DNA from: the human T2T-CHM13v2.0 reference genome, Homo sapiens
Reading direction: 5' to 3' (one strand)
Length of the DNA stretch: 64,000 nucleotides
Assembly: GCF_009914755.1 (NCBI RefSeq)
Contig: NC_060925.1
Positions 17,764-34,940 of this stretch are shown in pieces (position 1 is the stretch's first letter; each line of letters opens with the position of its first letter). The notes below the pieces were generated by a model. It searched no databases. It had not been told where the DNA came from and saw only the letters and a program-made list of their open reading frames with translations. The position numbers and the translations under genes are program-made.

Positions 17764-20700
17764 GTAATCCATCTTAAGTTGATTTTTGTATACGGTGTAA
17801 GGAAGGGGTCCAGTCTTGATCTTCTGCATATGGCTAGCCAGTTATCCCAGCACCAATTATTTAATAGGGAGTCCTTTTCCATTGCTTGTTTTTGTCAGCT
17901 TTGTTGAAGATCACGTGTTTGTTGGTATGCAGCCTTATTTCTGGGCCCTCTATTCTGTTCCATTGGCCCATGTGTCTGTTTTTGTAGCAGTACCATGCTG
18001 TTTTGGTTACTATAGCCCTGTAGTATAAATTTGAAGTCAGGTAGCATGATGCCTTCAGCTTTATTCTTTTTGCTTAGGATTGCCTTGGCTATTTGAGCTC
18101 TTTTTGCATTCCATATGAATTTTACAGTTGTTTTCTTCTAATTCTGTGAAGAATGTAATTGATAGGAATAGTACTAAATCTGTAAATTGCTTTGGACAGT
18201 ATGGCCATTTTAATGATATTGATTTTTCCTATCCATGAGCATAAAATGTTTTTCTATTTGTTTGTGTCATTGCTAATTTTTTTAGCAGTGTTTTGTAATT
18301 CTCATTCTCATTTTGTCACCTCATTCTCAGGTGACAGTAAAAATTTGTCACCTCCCTGTTAGCTGTATTTCTAGTTTTTTTATTCTTTTTGTGGCAGCTG
18401 TAAATTGAATTGCATTCCTGATTTGGTCCTCAGCTTGGATGTTATTAGTGTATAAAAATGGTACTAATTTTTGTACATTGATTTTGTACCCTGAAACATT
18501 GCTGAAGTTGTTTATTGCTCAAGGAAATTTTGTGCAGAGGCTATGGGGGTTTCTAGATACAGAATCATGTAGTCTACAAACAGGGATAGTTTTGAATTCC
18601 TCTCTTCTCATTTGGATGCCTTTCATTTCTTTCTCTTGCCTGATTGCTCTGGCCAGGACTTGCAATACCATGTTGATCAGGAGTGGTGACCGTGGGCATC
18701 CTTGTATTATGCCAGTTTTCAAGGGGAATGCTTCCAGCTATTGCTCATTCAGTATGATGTTGGCTACAGGTTTGTCATAGATGGCTCTTATTACTTTGAA
18801 GTATATTCCTTGAATGCCTAGTTTATTGAGGATTTTTAATATGAATTGATGTTGTATTTTATAAAAAGTCTTTTCTGCATCTATTGAGATAATCATGTGG
18901 TTTTTGTCTATAGTTCTGTTTATGTGATGAATCACTTTTATTGTTTTGTGTCTATTGAACCAGCCTTTCATCCCAGAGGTAAAGCCTACTTGATCACGGT
19001 GGGTTCCCTTTTGGATGTGCTGCTGGATTCAATTTGTTAATATTTTGTTGAGGAATTTTGCATCAATGTTCATCAAGGATATTGGCTGGATGTTTTTATT
19101 TTTGTTGTTGCTTTTCTCTCTGGTTTTGGCATCAGGATGATGCTGGCCTTGTAGAATGGGTTGGAGAGGAGTCCTTCCTCCTCAATTTTTTTGGAATAGT
19201 TTCAGTAGGAATGGTACCAGCTCCTCTTTATATATCTGGTAGAATTCAGCTGTGAATTCTTCTGTTCCTGGACTTCTATTTTTTGGTATGTGTTTTATTA
19301 CTGATTTAATTTTTGAACTCTTTATTGGTCTGTTTGCGAATTCAGTTTCTTCCTGGATCAGTCTTGGGAGGTTTTATGTGTCCAGGAATTTACCAATTTC
19401 TTCCAGATTTTCTAGTTTGTGTGCATAGAGGTTTTCATAGTGGTCTCTGACAGTTATTTGTATTTCTGTGGAGTTGGTAGTAATGTTTTCTTTGTCATTT
19501 CTAATTATGTTTATTTGAGTCTTCTCTTTTTTTCTTTATTAGTCTAGCTAATTGTCTATCTTTTTAATTTTTTCAAAAAAGCAACTCCTGGATTTATCTT
19601 TTGTATAATTTTTTTTTTGTCTTAATTTCCTTCAGTTCAGCTTTGCTTTTGGTTATTTCTTGTCTTATGCTAGCTTTGGGTTTGGTTTGCTCTTGCTTCT
19701 CTAGTTGTTCTAGTTTTGATGTTTAGTTGTTAATTTGGGATCTTTATAACTTTTTGATGTGGGAATTTAGTGCTGTAAACTTCCCTCCAAACACTGCCTT
19801 AGCTGTGTCCCAGAGATTCTGGTATGTTGTATCTTTGTTCTCATTATTTTCCAAGAATTTCTTGTCTTCTGCCTTAATTCATTATTTATCCAAAAGTCAT
19901 TCAAGTGCAGGTTGTTTAATTTCCATGTAATTGTATGGTTTAGAGTGATTTTCTCAGTATTGATTTCTGTTTTTCACCATGGTCAAAGAATGTGGTTGGT
20001 ATGATTTGGGATTTTTTTAATTTGATGAGTATTGTTTTATGTCTGATTGTCTGGTTGATTTTAGAGTATGTGCCATTTGGCAATGAGAAGAAAGTATATT
20101 CTGTTGGTTTGGGGTGGAGAGTTCTGTAAATGTCTTTTAGGTCCATTTGGTCAAGTGTTGAGTTCAGGTCCTGGATATCTTGGTTAATTTTCTGACTCAA
20201 TGATCTGTCTAATACTGTCAGTGGGATGTTAAAACCTCCCACTATTATTGCTTAGGAAACTAAGTTGCTTCATAGGTCTCTAAGAGCCCGCTTTATGAAT
20301 CCGGGTTCTTCTGTGTGGGGTGCATATATTTAGAATAGTTAGGTCTTCTTGTTGAATTGAACCCTTTACCATTATGTAATGTCCTTCTGTGTCTTTTTTG
20401 ATCTTTCATGGTTTAAAGTCTGTTTGGTCTGAGATTTGGATTGCAACCCCTGCTTTTTTCTGTTTTCCATTTGCTTGATAGATTTTTCTCCATCCCTTTA
20501 ATTTGAGCCTATGTGTGTAACTGCATGTGAGATGGGTCTCTTGAAGACAGCATGCCATTGGGTCCTGGTTCTTTATCCAGCTTGCCATGCTATGCCTTTT
20601 CTTTTTTCCCTGAAATAGCCCTCAGGAGAACCTAAGAACATGTGCCCATCACTCTGTCTTTTAATTGGAGCATTTAGCCCATTCACATTCAAGATCAGTG

Positions 20701-23700
20701 TTGATATGTGTGGGTTTGATCCTGACATGTTGTTAGATAGTTATTATGCAGCTTTGTTTGTATGGTTGCCTTAGAGTGTCACTGGTCTATATACCTGTGT
20801 TTTTTTAGTTGCTAGTAACAGTCTTTCCTTTCCATATTTAGTGTTCTTTTAGGGAGCTCTTCTTTAATACATGTCTCATGGTAATGAATTCCCTCAGCAT
20901 TTGTTTATCTGGAAAGGATCTTATTTCTTCTTCAATTATGAAGCTTAGTTTGGCTGGATTTGAAATTCTTGATTGGAAACTTTTTTCCTTAACAACACTG
21001 AATATAGGTCCCCATTCCCTTCTGGGGTGTAGGGTTTCTGCTGAAAGATCCACTGCCAGTCTAATGGGGTTCCCTTTGTAGGTGACTTGTCCCTTCTCTC
21101 TAGCTGCCTTTAACATTTTTTCTTTCATTTTGACCTTGGAGGATCTGATGATTATGTGTCTTGAGGATGGTCTTCTTGGATAACATTTTGCAGGTGTTCT
21201 CTGCATTTTCTGAATTTGACTGTTGGCCTCTGTAGCAAGGTTGGGGAATTATTCATGGATGACATCCTGAAATATGTTTCCAAGTTGCTTGCTTTCTCCC
21301 CATCTTTTTCAGGGATGCCAATCTGTCATATCTCTTTCCATAATCCCATATTTCTTGGATATTTTGTTCATTCCTTTTTATTCTTTTTTTTTTTTAATTT
21401 CTGTATGACTGAGTTGTTTCAGAGAGTCATTCTTCAAGCTCTGAGATCCTTTCCCTTGCTTGGTATATTTTGCTGTTAATATTTGTGATTAAACTATGAA
21501 ATTCGTATAGTGTGTTTTTCAGCTGTATCAGATCAGTTTCGTTTTTTTATGATGGTTATTTTGTCTATCAGCTCCTGTATGGTTTTATTGTGATTCCTTG
21601 GATTGGGTTTTGACATTCTCCTGAATCTCAATGATCTTCATTCCTATCCATATTCTGAATTCTGTTTCTGTCATTTCAGTCATTTCAGTGCAGTTAAGAA
21701 CCCCTGCTGGGGAACTAGTGCAATCATTTGGAGGAAAGAAGACACTCTGGCTTTCTGAATTGCCAGAATTCTTGCACTGGTTTTTTCTCATCTGTGTGGG
21801 CTGATGTTTCTTTAACTATGGTGTAAATTTGAATACAGTCAGTAGACTTCTTTTCTGGATGTTTTCAGAAAGTCTAGGCTTTGTGTCAGGTCTTTATTTG
21901 TAGCTGAATTATTATCCTTGGTTTAACAGGGGGGTTATATTAGCAAAGTATTTTTAGTGTTGGAGTTTTGGGCTGTGATCCAGTAAGTGGCACTTAAGCA
22001 TAATGGCCAGTAGTTAGGCTGTCACTCAGTCTGTATTTCCTCATGATTGTGGCCATGTTCCCTCTCAATTCTCTGAAGTTGCTGTTCCTCTCCCACTTGA
22101 GTGCGGCTGCAGATCTTGGGTTAGCCCTCCAAGGCTGCACACTGCAGTTCTGGGGTTCCCTCCCAGCTTGGAAACAGCAGGGGAAGGGACCTTAGCAGTG
22201 GTTATGGCAGATGATCTTTCACTTGTCTCTTGGGGCTCCACCCCAGAGAGATGCAGAGCTGCAATCAAACAGTGCAACTGGTCTCAGATGGGGCAGTTGT
22301 GCTATTAGCCCAAATCAGGGGATCCCTGCCTGATGATAAGCAGGGGTGTGGGTGGGATTCAGGGGAGACAGACTGGCCTCTTCTCCTTAGAGTAACTGTG
22401 GCTTGCTGGAGGTGTGGTTAAAGTACTTAGGGTCTTTGCTCCTTTCCCAGTCTGAGGGCAGCAAGGGCAGTACCACGGCAGTGGTACTGGCAGAGGGGCT
22501 TCTGGGAGCTCCACTTCAGAGAAATGCAGAGCTGCTGCTACTCAGAATGTTCAGCCAGGGGTAGTGGCAGCTGAGCTGCTGGCCTGAGCTGGGGACTCCA
22601 CTTATTGAGGAGTTGGGTGTCGAGGGCTCACAGGGAAGAGAGACTGGATTCCTCTAAGTATGGTGACTGTGGCATGCTGTAAGTGCAGGTAAAGCCCTAA
22701 GGCTCTTTGTTTATTCCCCAGAACAAGGGCAGCAGGAAAACTGCTGCTGTGGCTGTAGAGGAGGGACTTTTGGTTGCCTCTGGGAGCCCATCCCCAGGGA
22801 ATCTCAGAACCACTTCCAGTAAGTGTTCTTAGCTGTGTGTGGGGTGACTCATCTGCAGTCCTAAGTTGTGGGCCCTGCCTGGTGAAGAGTTGGAGGTGGG
22901 GACTCACAAGAAAGAGAGACTGGACTCCTCTCCATGTGGTAGCTTTGGTGTGCTGGAGTTGCCAGCCTATCAACCAGGCCCTTTGTCCCTACCCCAGCCT
23001 GAGGGTAGTTAGGGCAGTACCACTGCAGCTGCAATGGCAGATGGGTTGTGAGTTGACTCTGGGATTTCCTCTTCAGAGAAATGCAAAGCCACCTCCAACT
23101 GACATGTTCAGGTGGGGGCAGGGTAGTTGTACTGGAGTCCCAGACCCATCCAGTGAGAAGTGGGGATGGGGACCTATATGAACAGTCAACCACTTTTCCA
23201 AGGGGTGGCTGTGTTGTGCTGGGAGTCCATGCCAGTCCCTAATCACCATGCACCCTTCAGAGCCTGAAACAAGAGTGACAAGAGCTGTAGGACAGCAAAA
23301 ATGGTGGCCTGTCTCTCCCTCTGAGAACTCTGTCCCAAGGGAGTCCAGAGCTGATGCCAGCCTGAGAGGCCTGGCATGGGGTAAAAAGAAATTTTAAAAA
23401 TCTTGAAACAAAGGAAAATGAGCCCAACATATTAAAACTTATGGGATGCAGTAAAAGCAGTTCTAAGATGGAAGTTTATAGCAATAAACACCCACGGTAT
23501 GAAAAAGAAAGATTTAAAATAAACAGCCTAACATTATATCATGAGAATAAAAAAAGAATAAGTGATTCCCAAAGTTAGTAGAAAAAAGGAAGTAATAAAG
23601 ATCAGCGCATAAATCAAAGGAATAGAGACTAAAAAAAAAAAGAAAATATAAATAAAACTGAGTTACTTTTTTGAAAGATAAAATTGACAAATGTTTAGCT

Positions 23701-23802
23701 AGAATAATTTTACAAAAAAAGAGGGAAGAGACTTGAGTAAATAAAATTATAAATGAAAGAGGAGATATGCAACTAATACCACAGAAATATAAAGGATCAT
23801 AA

Positions 23803-25481
23803 TGATGGCAGTGGTGGGCTGTCCAGAGTGCTGGCATCATGTTGGCTGCAGCAGGGAGGCACAGAAGGTGGTGGGAGGAGCAGCAGTGGCAGCGATGGGA
23901 CCCATGTGCCCCAGGTCCCCAAGGCAGCCAACTGTGCTGCCCCCACCCTTGCAGGACTGGGCAGGACCTGCTCCCAGGCCTGAAGCCTCTGCCACAGCCT
24001 CAACTTTGCTCCTTACTGCATCTTGGGAGCCTGTGAGCACCTGGCTAAAGTGCAGCCAGGACTCATGGGGCCAGCCCTGAGAGCGTCGGGTTCATTTGTG
24101 CAGGGTTGGCCAGGGATACCACACTGTCTTCACTTTGCCTGCCACCACTGCAGGGAAAATGTGGAGAGGAGGCAAGCAGTCCCTGGAGCCTGCCCCTGGG
24201 AGCCACTGTGATGAGGATGGACCAAGTTGCCCACCAGTGAGGGAGCCACTGCAATGGGGCCAGGTTGAGTCACCCACTGGTGGAGGAGCAGCGTGATCAG
24301 GCATGGAGGGGCAGGTATACAGGAGCCCTGAGGTGGAGCTGGTCCTGGGACAGTGCCATGCTCCACGAAGCCAGCAGAGCTGCAAGCAAGTAGAAGCCTC
24401 ACCCTCCCAGGCACAGCTGCAGCTGCCCAAGTTGCAACTGCGAACCCAGGAATCTCTGCACTCTTGGGGGCCCAGGAAGACTTCCCCTTTCCAATGCAGG
24501 CTTGATGGTGTCTGCTCCCACTGCCTACCTTCTCCCCACTCCCAGTGCCCACTCTGATCTCAGAGCAAGGTTGGGGCTGAGCCTGGGTGCTGTCACAGCA
24601 CAGCTGGGTGTGTGCACACTCAGGGCAGTACTAACATGCCAGGCCTCTACTTGGCTCCCTCCAGACTTTGGGCACCAATGAACATGGGAGGGAGGCCAGA
24701 GGGTGCTGAAAGCAGCTCAATGCTGGCCTGCAGGCACTCCTTTGCATGAACAGCCTGGGTGACATGAATGGTGGCAGGAGGCAGACAGGCTCCTGGGCAG
24801 AGAGGGATGAGTCTCCAGTGAAACCCCACCCAGGGAGGGCCTGAGGCCTAGGGGCTGGGCTGGCGGTCCTGTGGACCAGAGTGGCAACTTGTGTTGCTTT
24901 TTCTGGGCCCACCTATGGCCACCCATGGACCAATCAGCACACACTTCCTCCCACTGAGGCCCATAAAAGCCCTGGACTCAGCTAGACCAGAAGGGACGAT
25001 GGAACAACCAGCTACAGAGGGCCAAGTGGGCAGAACGAGCCCAGTGGGCCTGAGCTAAGCTTGGGCAAAGGCGCCACTGCTCACAGAGATTTCCATGGTC
25101 CCTGGTGTCTCCAAGCTTACAGGCACCATCGCATTCTCCAGTGTCAGCCATGGAAGCTGCTTGTGGTACGCCTGGTCCAGCCACAGCCTCACAGGGAGCC
25201 AGCACCCATACTGCTGCCTGGAGCTGCCTATGCTGCTGCAGCTGGCATGCCTGGCTATGTGCAGTGGCAGGACCCCATGCTCACTCACACACCCCTTGCT
25301 GCTCTGTGCCTGGCTGACCTTTGGCAGGCATGGAATCCAGGCCAGCAGCACAAGCTGAGTGCAGCCTGCAAGGCCAAGTGTGCAGAACGAGCCCAGTGGG
25401 CCTGAGCAAAACTTGGGCAAAGGCGCCACTGCCCACAGAGGTTTCTGGCTGGCAAAGAGACACCCCAAGAATCCTGTAACA
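23803..25481 (+). mobile_element. Solo ERV1 LTR, MER52 family
   Basis: TGATGGCAG... start, ...ATCCTGTAACA end, about 1.68 kb, GC-rich, TATA-like 'cccataaaagc' near 24961. Confidence 0.85.
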
Positions 25482-25991
25482 AGAGACCACTATGAATAAT
25501 TATATTTCCCCAAATTGGATAACCTAGATGAGATGGATAAATTCCTAAAAACTTACAACCTACCAAAACTGAATCACAAAGATATAAAAGTCTAAACAGA
25601 TCAACAATGAGCAAAGATAATAAATTTATAATTTAAAAAAATCTGCTATCAAAGAAAAGCCCAGTACCTAATGGCTTTACCTGTGAATTCTACCAAACAA
25701 TTAAAAATTAATGTCGGAATTCGAGGGGAGGAGCCAAGGTGGCCGAATAGGAACAGCGCTGGTCTACAGCTCCCAGCCTGAGCGATGCAGAAGACAGGTG
25801 ATTTCTGCATTTCCATCTGAGGTACCGGGTTCATCTCACTAGGGAGTGCCAGACAGTGGGCGCAGGTCAGTGGGTGCACGCACCGTGCGCGAGCAGAAGC
25901 AGGGTGAGGCATTGCCTCACTCGGAAGTGCAAGGGGTCAGGGAGTTCCCTTTCCTAGTCAAAGAAAGTGGTGACAGATGGCACCTGGAAAA

Positions 25992-26174
25992 TCAGGTCAC
26001 TCCCACCCAAATACTGCGCTTTTCCGACGGGCTTAAAAAACGGCGCACCAGGAGACTATATCCCGCACCTGGCAGGGAGGATCCTACACCCACGGAGTCT
26101 CGCTCATTGCCAGCACAGCAGTCTGAGATCAAACTGCAAGGCGGCAGCAAGGCTGGGGGAGGGGCGCCCACCAT
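25992..26174 (-). CDS. ORF0: L1 ORF0 (antisense ORF of the 5'UTR), 60 aa, truncated by a premature stop
   Basis: MVGAPPPALLPPCSLISDCC...RRFLSPSEKRSIWVGVT matches ORF0; ATG at 26174; translation unproven. Confidence 0.7.
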   Translation of the reverse strand: MVGAPPPALLPPCSLISDCCAGNERDSVGVGSSLPGAGYSLLVRRFLSPSEKRSIWVGVT

Positions 26175-26531
26175 TGCCCAGGCTTGCTTAGGTAAACAAA
26201 GCAGCCGGGAAGCTCCAACTGGGTGGAGCCCACCACAGCTCAAGGAGACCTGCCTGCCTCTGTAGGCTCCACCTCTGGGGGCAGGGCACAGACAAACAAA
26301 AAGACAGCAGTAACCTCTGTAGACTTAAATGTCCCTGTCTGACAGCTTTGAAGAGAGCAGTGGTTCTCCCAGCACGCAGCTGGAGATCTGAGAACGGGCA
26401 GACTGCCTCTTCAAGTGGGTCCCTGACCCCTGACCCCCGAGCAGCCTAACTGGGAGGCACCCCCCCAGCAGGGGCAGACTGACGCCTCACATGGCCACCT
26501 GGCCGTGCTGCAGGGGGGTCCTGTCTGTTAG

Positions 26532-27746
<1,215 letters not shown>

Positions 27747-28211
27747 AAAAATGATGAGTTCATGTCCTTTGTAGGGACATGGATGAAATTGGAAACCATC
27801 ATTCTCAGTAAACTATCGCAAGAACAAAAAACCAAACACCGCATATTCTCACTCACAGGTGGGAACTGAACTATGAGAACACATGGACACAGGAAGGGGA
27901 ACATCACACTCTGGGGACTGTTGTGGGGTGGGGGGAGGGGGGAGGGATAGCATTGGGAGATATACCTAATGCTAGAGGACGAGTTAGTGGGTGCAGCGCA
28001 CCAGCATGGCACATGTATACATATGTAACTAACCTGTACATTGTGCACATGTACCCTAAAACTTAAAGTATAATAAAAAAAATTAATGTCAATCATTCTC
28101 AAACTATTCCAAAAAATTGAGGAGGGAACACCTTTAAACTCATTTTATGAGACGAGAATTTATCCTGATACCAAAGCCAGACTTTGGGCGTTTTAAGAAA
28201 ATAAAATTATA

Positions 28212-28512
<301 letters not shown>

Positions 28513-29134
28513 ACTCCAATATTCACAATGAACATCATTGCAAACATCACCCTAAAAGCCACTCAACAAAATACTAGCAAAACAATTTCAACAGTACATT
28601 AAAAGTATCATACACCCTGATCAAGTGGGATTTATCCCCAGGATGCAAGTGTGATACATAGACCAGTAAGTGTGATATACCACATTAACACAATGAAGGA
28701 CAAAAATCATATTATTATCTAAATAGATGGGGTTGACTAAACTCAACATCCTTTTATGATTAAAAAAAAAACCTCTCAACAAATTAGGTATAGAAGGATT
28801 GCACCTCAACATAATAAATGTGACAAGCTCATACCTACCATCATATTCAATGATGGAAAGCTGAAGGCTTTTCCTCTAAGATCAGGAGCAAGACAAGCAC
28901 GTCCACTCTTGTCACTTCTATTTGATACAGTGCTATAAGTCCTAGGCAGAGCAATTAGGCAAGAAAAAGAAATAAAAGGCACCCAAATCAGAACACAAGA
29001 AAAATTAACCCTGTTTGCCAATGACATAATCTTATATATGGAAAACCCTAAAGTCTCCACTATATCCATCTTTTCCTGCTGCTATAACAAAATATGACTA
29101 ACTGGGTAATTGATAAATAATAGAAATTTCTTTT

Positions 29135-29869
<735 letters not shown>

Positions 29870-31257
29870 AAAATTTATTTCTTATAGTTCTGGAGGCTGG
29901 AGAGTCCACGATCATAGTACCAGAAGATTAGGTATCTGGTGAAGACTTGCTCCTGCTCTCCAAGATAACACTTTGCTGCTGTGTCCTCACATGGCAGCAG
30001 GTGGAATATCAAAAAAGATTAGCATGCTCCCTTTAAACTCTTATAAAGTCACTAATTCCCTTTATGAGGGTTTCACTCTTATGACCTAATCATCTCCTAA
30101 AGGCCCATCTCTTAATATTACCACATTGGCAATTAAGTTTCAACATATGATTTGGCGGACACATTCAGATGGTAGTATGTACCAAAAAATGATTAGCACT
30201 AAGAAGCATATTTAGCAAAGTTGCATGATATATAATCAGCATGCAAAAATCAGTGGCATTTCTATACACTCCCAATGAACTATCTGAAAAAGAAACTAAG
30301 AGAACTATCTCATCAGGGAAATACAAAGCAAAACCACAATGAGATATCACCTCACACTTGTTAGAATGGCTATCATCAAAAAGACAAAAAATAACAAATG
30401 TTGGTGAGGATGTGGACAAAAATGAAGGCTTGTGCACTGTTGATGAGAATATAAATTGGTACAGCCTTTATGGAAAATGGTGTGGAGGTTCCTCAAAACA
30501 TTAAAAATACAGCTACAATATGATTCAGCAATTAATTGCACCACTAGGTATATATCAAAAAGAAATGAAATTAGTATGTTCAAGAGATGTATGCACTTCT
30601 ATATTCATTGCAGCATTATTCCCACACTGATGGGAGCTTCTTTAATCACTAATTAAGTATCTTCAGCACACTTGTTGCAGGCACAAAACATAAATACTCA
30701 AATTAGTCTCCAAACAATAACGCCACCTATCTATTTACTGAAGCAGCATTTCTCCTCATGTATTAATAGCCTGGTACTTTCAGTCGGTTACTTGTTGTGA
30801 GAGTCACACCTCACTTTGGCTTCTAATGGGGGAAGTAAGTAGCAAGCGTCAGCATTGTTTTTCTTCCAGCTTCCATGCCTGTGTTCCTGCTGACCCATCC
30901 CATTTATATGACCCTGCCTCTCCCTCCTACCCATCCTTCTGGGTCCAGCTCAGGTCTTCTCTCCGTAAAAACTTCTTCCACTAGTTTAAGTCAATAGTAA
31001 TATGTCTCTCCTTTGTGTTCCTATGGCACTTTTAGCCAATTCTTAGCTGTTCAATATTTAACTGCTCCTTGCTTTATTATATGTACAATAATTTAAGCAC
31101 TTCCAACTATAAATACCTTAGGAGCAGGAACTGTGGTATCTACTTTGTGTGTGTGTTCCCCCCTCTTTGGGGACCATTTGATATTCAGTAAATGTTTACT
31201 GATTGATTAATACAATAGTGTGACAACCACCAGGCAAGGAAAGGAAGAATGGTAAAC

Positions 31258-31722
31258 TGTTGCATGGTAGACACACCTGACAGTGATAACTTGACTTGGG
31301 CATACCCTGAGAATGACCCTGTATAGCAGATGCACCTGAATGTACGTTCGGAGTTCTGAGCTAAGGGAATCCAGAAGTGGCAAACCTGCAGATCCATTCC
31401 TTATCTACGAAGAGCCATACAGCCCTCCACCCCTCATTTCCCCATGGAACACTGGCCATATAGAAGCTCAAGGCCCTGAATTTTGCATTAAATAAAGGTT
31501 GCCAGGTGGAAGTTGTTAGGGAAAGTGTTAAGTGAAAATGCTATATAAACTGCATGCCTTTTGCAAGAAGTTGCTGTTCTCCTGCCAAGCGGGCCGCCAC
31601 TGGGCTCTCTTTGGTGTATGTAAAAATAAAACCCCATGTCTCATTTCCTGGCTCTAGGTTTCTTCTTCAGCCTCTTGAACCTGGTGCCGTGCTCACTGAA
31701 GTCAATAGGGATTTGGCACAAC
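31258..31722 (+). mobile_element. Solo LTR (LTR47-like, tentative)
   Basis: TG start, 'gcataccctgagaatgaccctgtat', TATA 'ctatataaa', AATAAA near 31625. Confidence 0.7.
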
Positions 31723-33906
31723 TATTATTGTTATTCTGAAACTTTTAAGACTCTGGATTTTACTGTTTACAGGGTGGGGTTTATTTGTAAAACTTTGTTT
31801 CCTTAAGAGTTTGATAAAAGGCATTCAGCTCAATGCATAAAATTATGCTTGAGTGAATTAAAAAGCTAAAAGCTGAAATGAAAAATGAATATAAATATTA
31901 ACTGAATATGAATTTTTCTGTAAAAAGATTTTAATCCATAAAATCAAAATGGCTTAGAATATGAATGCTTAATTATTTTATTGTTCTAATAGTTTGAGGA
32001 TGGGGAGAAAAGGAGCATTCCTCAGCAAGTAATAAGGATACATCAGTCAATTAAAGTTTAGAGATTTCTCACAAAGGCACCAGATTAACCTTATCGAATA
32101 TAAGTTTCTGTACCTTCCAGACTCTTCTGCTTCTCCTTTCCCCCAAATTTTACCAAACCTACTTAGCATTTCATTCATTCGTCTCTTTTTGAGTACTATC
32201 TTTTAGTACTTATTTTCCTAGCTTCTTGGTATTTAAAAACCATAGTGACTGAGCTGCATAACCCTAGTATTTGTTGTTAGAAAGCAGTTAAGTTTTGTTT
32301 GAAAAATGTGTCTTCTGTACTTCCATAGAGCAATGAGTTGTGAACCTCTCACAGTTGTAGATCATGTTGGTGCTGCCCCTTAGTCACACCTCGCCTTTCA
32401 GCCTGATGAAGTATTTTGCAGCAGATGTGGCAAATGTAGAAGTGGAGCTGTTATGAGCATTTTCTACATTAAGTGGTAGGGGTTTCCCCTGCTGTTCCCT
32501 TTGGCCGACTGGCTCCTCTCAGGGTGTTGTTGATGAAATTTGGTCTCTTGTCACATCATCTTCCGAGCTTTGCAGCAGCTACTCCCTCATGGTTTCTCAT
32601 GCATGATCATGAATTTATGGATAGAGTAGCTCAGCTGTGATGTTAAAACCTCCAGTTAACTGACACATTCCTTAATAGAACTTTGACCAACATGATCAAT
32701 AGCAATCAGCTTTTGCTTTCACATAAATAGTGCTTTGTTCTTTAGGTACACAAAAAAGCTTACTTTTCTTTTGATAACAAGTGTACCAAAAGCTTACTTT
32801 TTCTTCAAGCATTTCACTATGTCAGAATCTTTGCAGTTGCATTTAAACCTATATTCCCTCTGCAGCACCACGTGAAATGTACAATAATCATGATCTCTCA
32901 CCATGCATTTACACTAGCAGGGCCATCAATTAACACGTTCCAGCACACCTGTTACCTGCAGTGCTTGGTATCTACATTCAAAACCTTTGCCTGATATATT
33001 CTAGTGAACAACATCTATGTAACTAGTCCATAGTGTTTTATATTCACAAATTGACAGGAAAAATACAGTCTTCTATCCTATCATCAGGCACGTTAACCAT
33101 GCAAAAATAAATATCTCAGCTATCTGGTGTATTCCTGTCAGCGGTTCTTTAAAATATCACCCCTAAAAATCATTATTTCTATCAGTGACTGAACTTACAA
33201 TTTCTAGAATGAAAATAATCTATTTTAATGCTAACTTTTTTCTCTTAAATATTTTGTTTTTAGATTTTAATAATTACCAAGTATATAATTTTTTAATAAA
33301 TTTAATTTAAATAAAACAGCTATGATATAGAATAGCCTAGAAAGGAAATTTGACATCATTTTTATGGCACAGGCTAACTTTGAAAATTGACTTAAATAAC
33401 TTGTGAGTCCATAAAAATTTTAACGTTGATCTCACTTAAGCTGCCTTGAACCTTACCTTTTTGTGATCCCGTATTACTGTCTCACATTTCTAACAAGCCT
33501 TTGCCTAATGACCAATTTACAGGTAGATTTGCTTCAATATTGTGTTAGAATCTCAGACTACATGATGTAATTTATGTGAATCAATGTGGATTCAGTCTCC
33601 CCTCTTAGCCCCTAAGAAGGTGGCATATATAGAAACAGGTGGAAAGACTTCCTCATTGGAATCCTATACATCCTCAAGAATAGAGGCTTCTCTTTGTTCT
33701 TTTAGTCCTTTCACATCAATCAATCTGCAAAATATGTACTCAGCCAATGCCAACAAAATAGAAGCATATCCATTTAGTTTAGTTGTTAGGCATGAGGGTG
33801 TGAAAGAAGAGTCATTAAAACACTCACTAAATTCACATATTGGTAACTTGGATCCCTCAGTCATGGACCCAGAGGCAAGAAAAAAACCCAAGAAAAACCA
33901 GTCCTC

Positions 33907-34294
<388 letters not shown>

Positions 34295-34624
34295 TCAGAA
34301 TGTCGACATTTTACATCCTGTTTGAAAGTTCAGGTGTAGCCCCAGCCGTATTTCCCAACAAAATTACAAAGCAAGAGGAGATGCTATTTGCATGATAAGA
34401 AGGGGTGAGTAGGCTATAAGGAGAGTGTCGTGTAAATGGGGAGCCTTGAAAGAGCAATCTCCTTTGGAGAGGGAGAAAGGCAGCTGGAGAAGATACTGCA
34501 AGGAGGGAGTCAGAGGAAGAAATACCTTGTTCATTTCCCCTTCTTTCTTGAATCTCCTGTTGCAGCTTTCCTTAGGTTGGATCCAACAACAACAACAAAA
34601 AAAAACAGCTGGCATAAGAACTTA

Positions 34625-34940
<316 letters not shown>

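Noticed and set aside
23797-25614. Dense overlapping ORFs on both strands
   Set aside because: GC-rich MER52 LTR is poor in stop codons; no recognisable protein.
25716-25722. EcoRI site (GAATTC) at the mini-L1 5' end, suggesting a cloning artefact
   Set aside because: The TSD and host L1M continuity are intact; a short 5' extension is common for L1.
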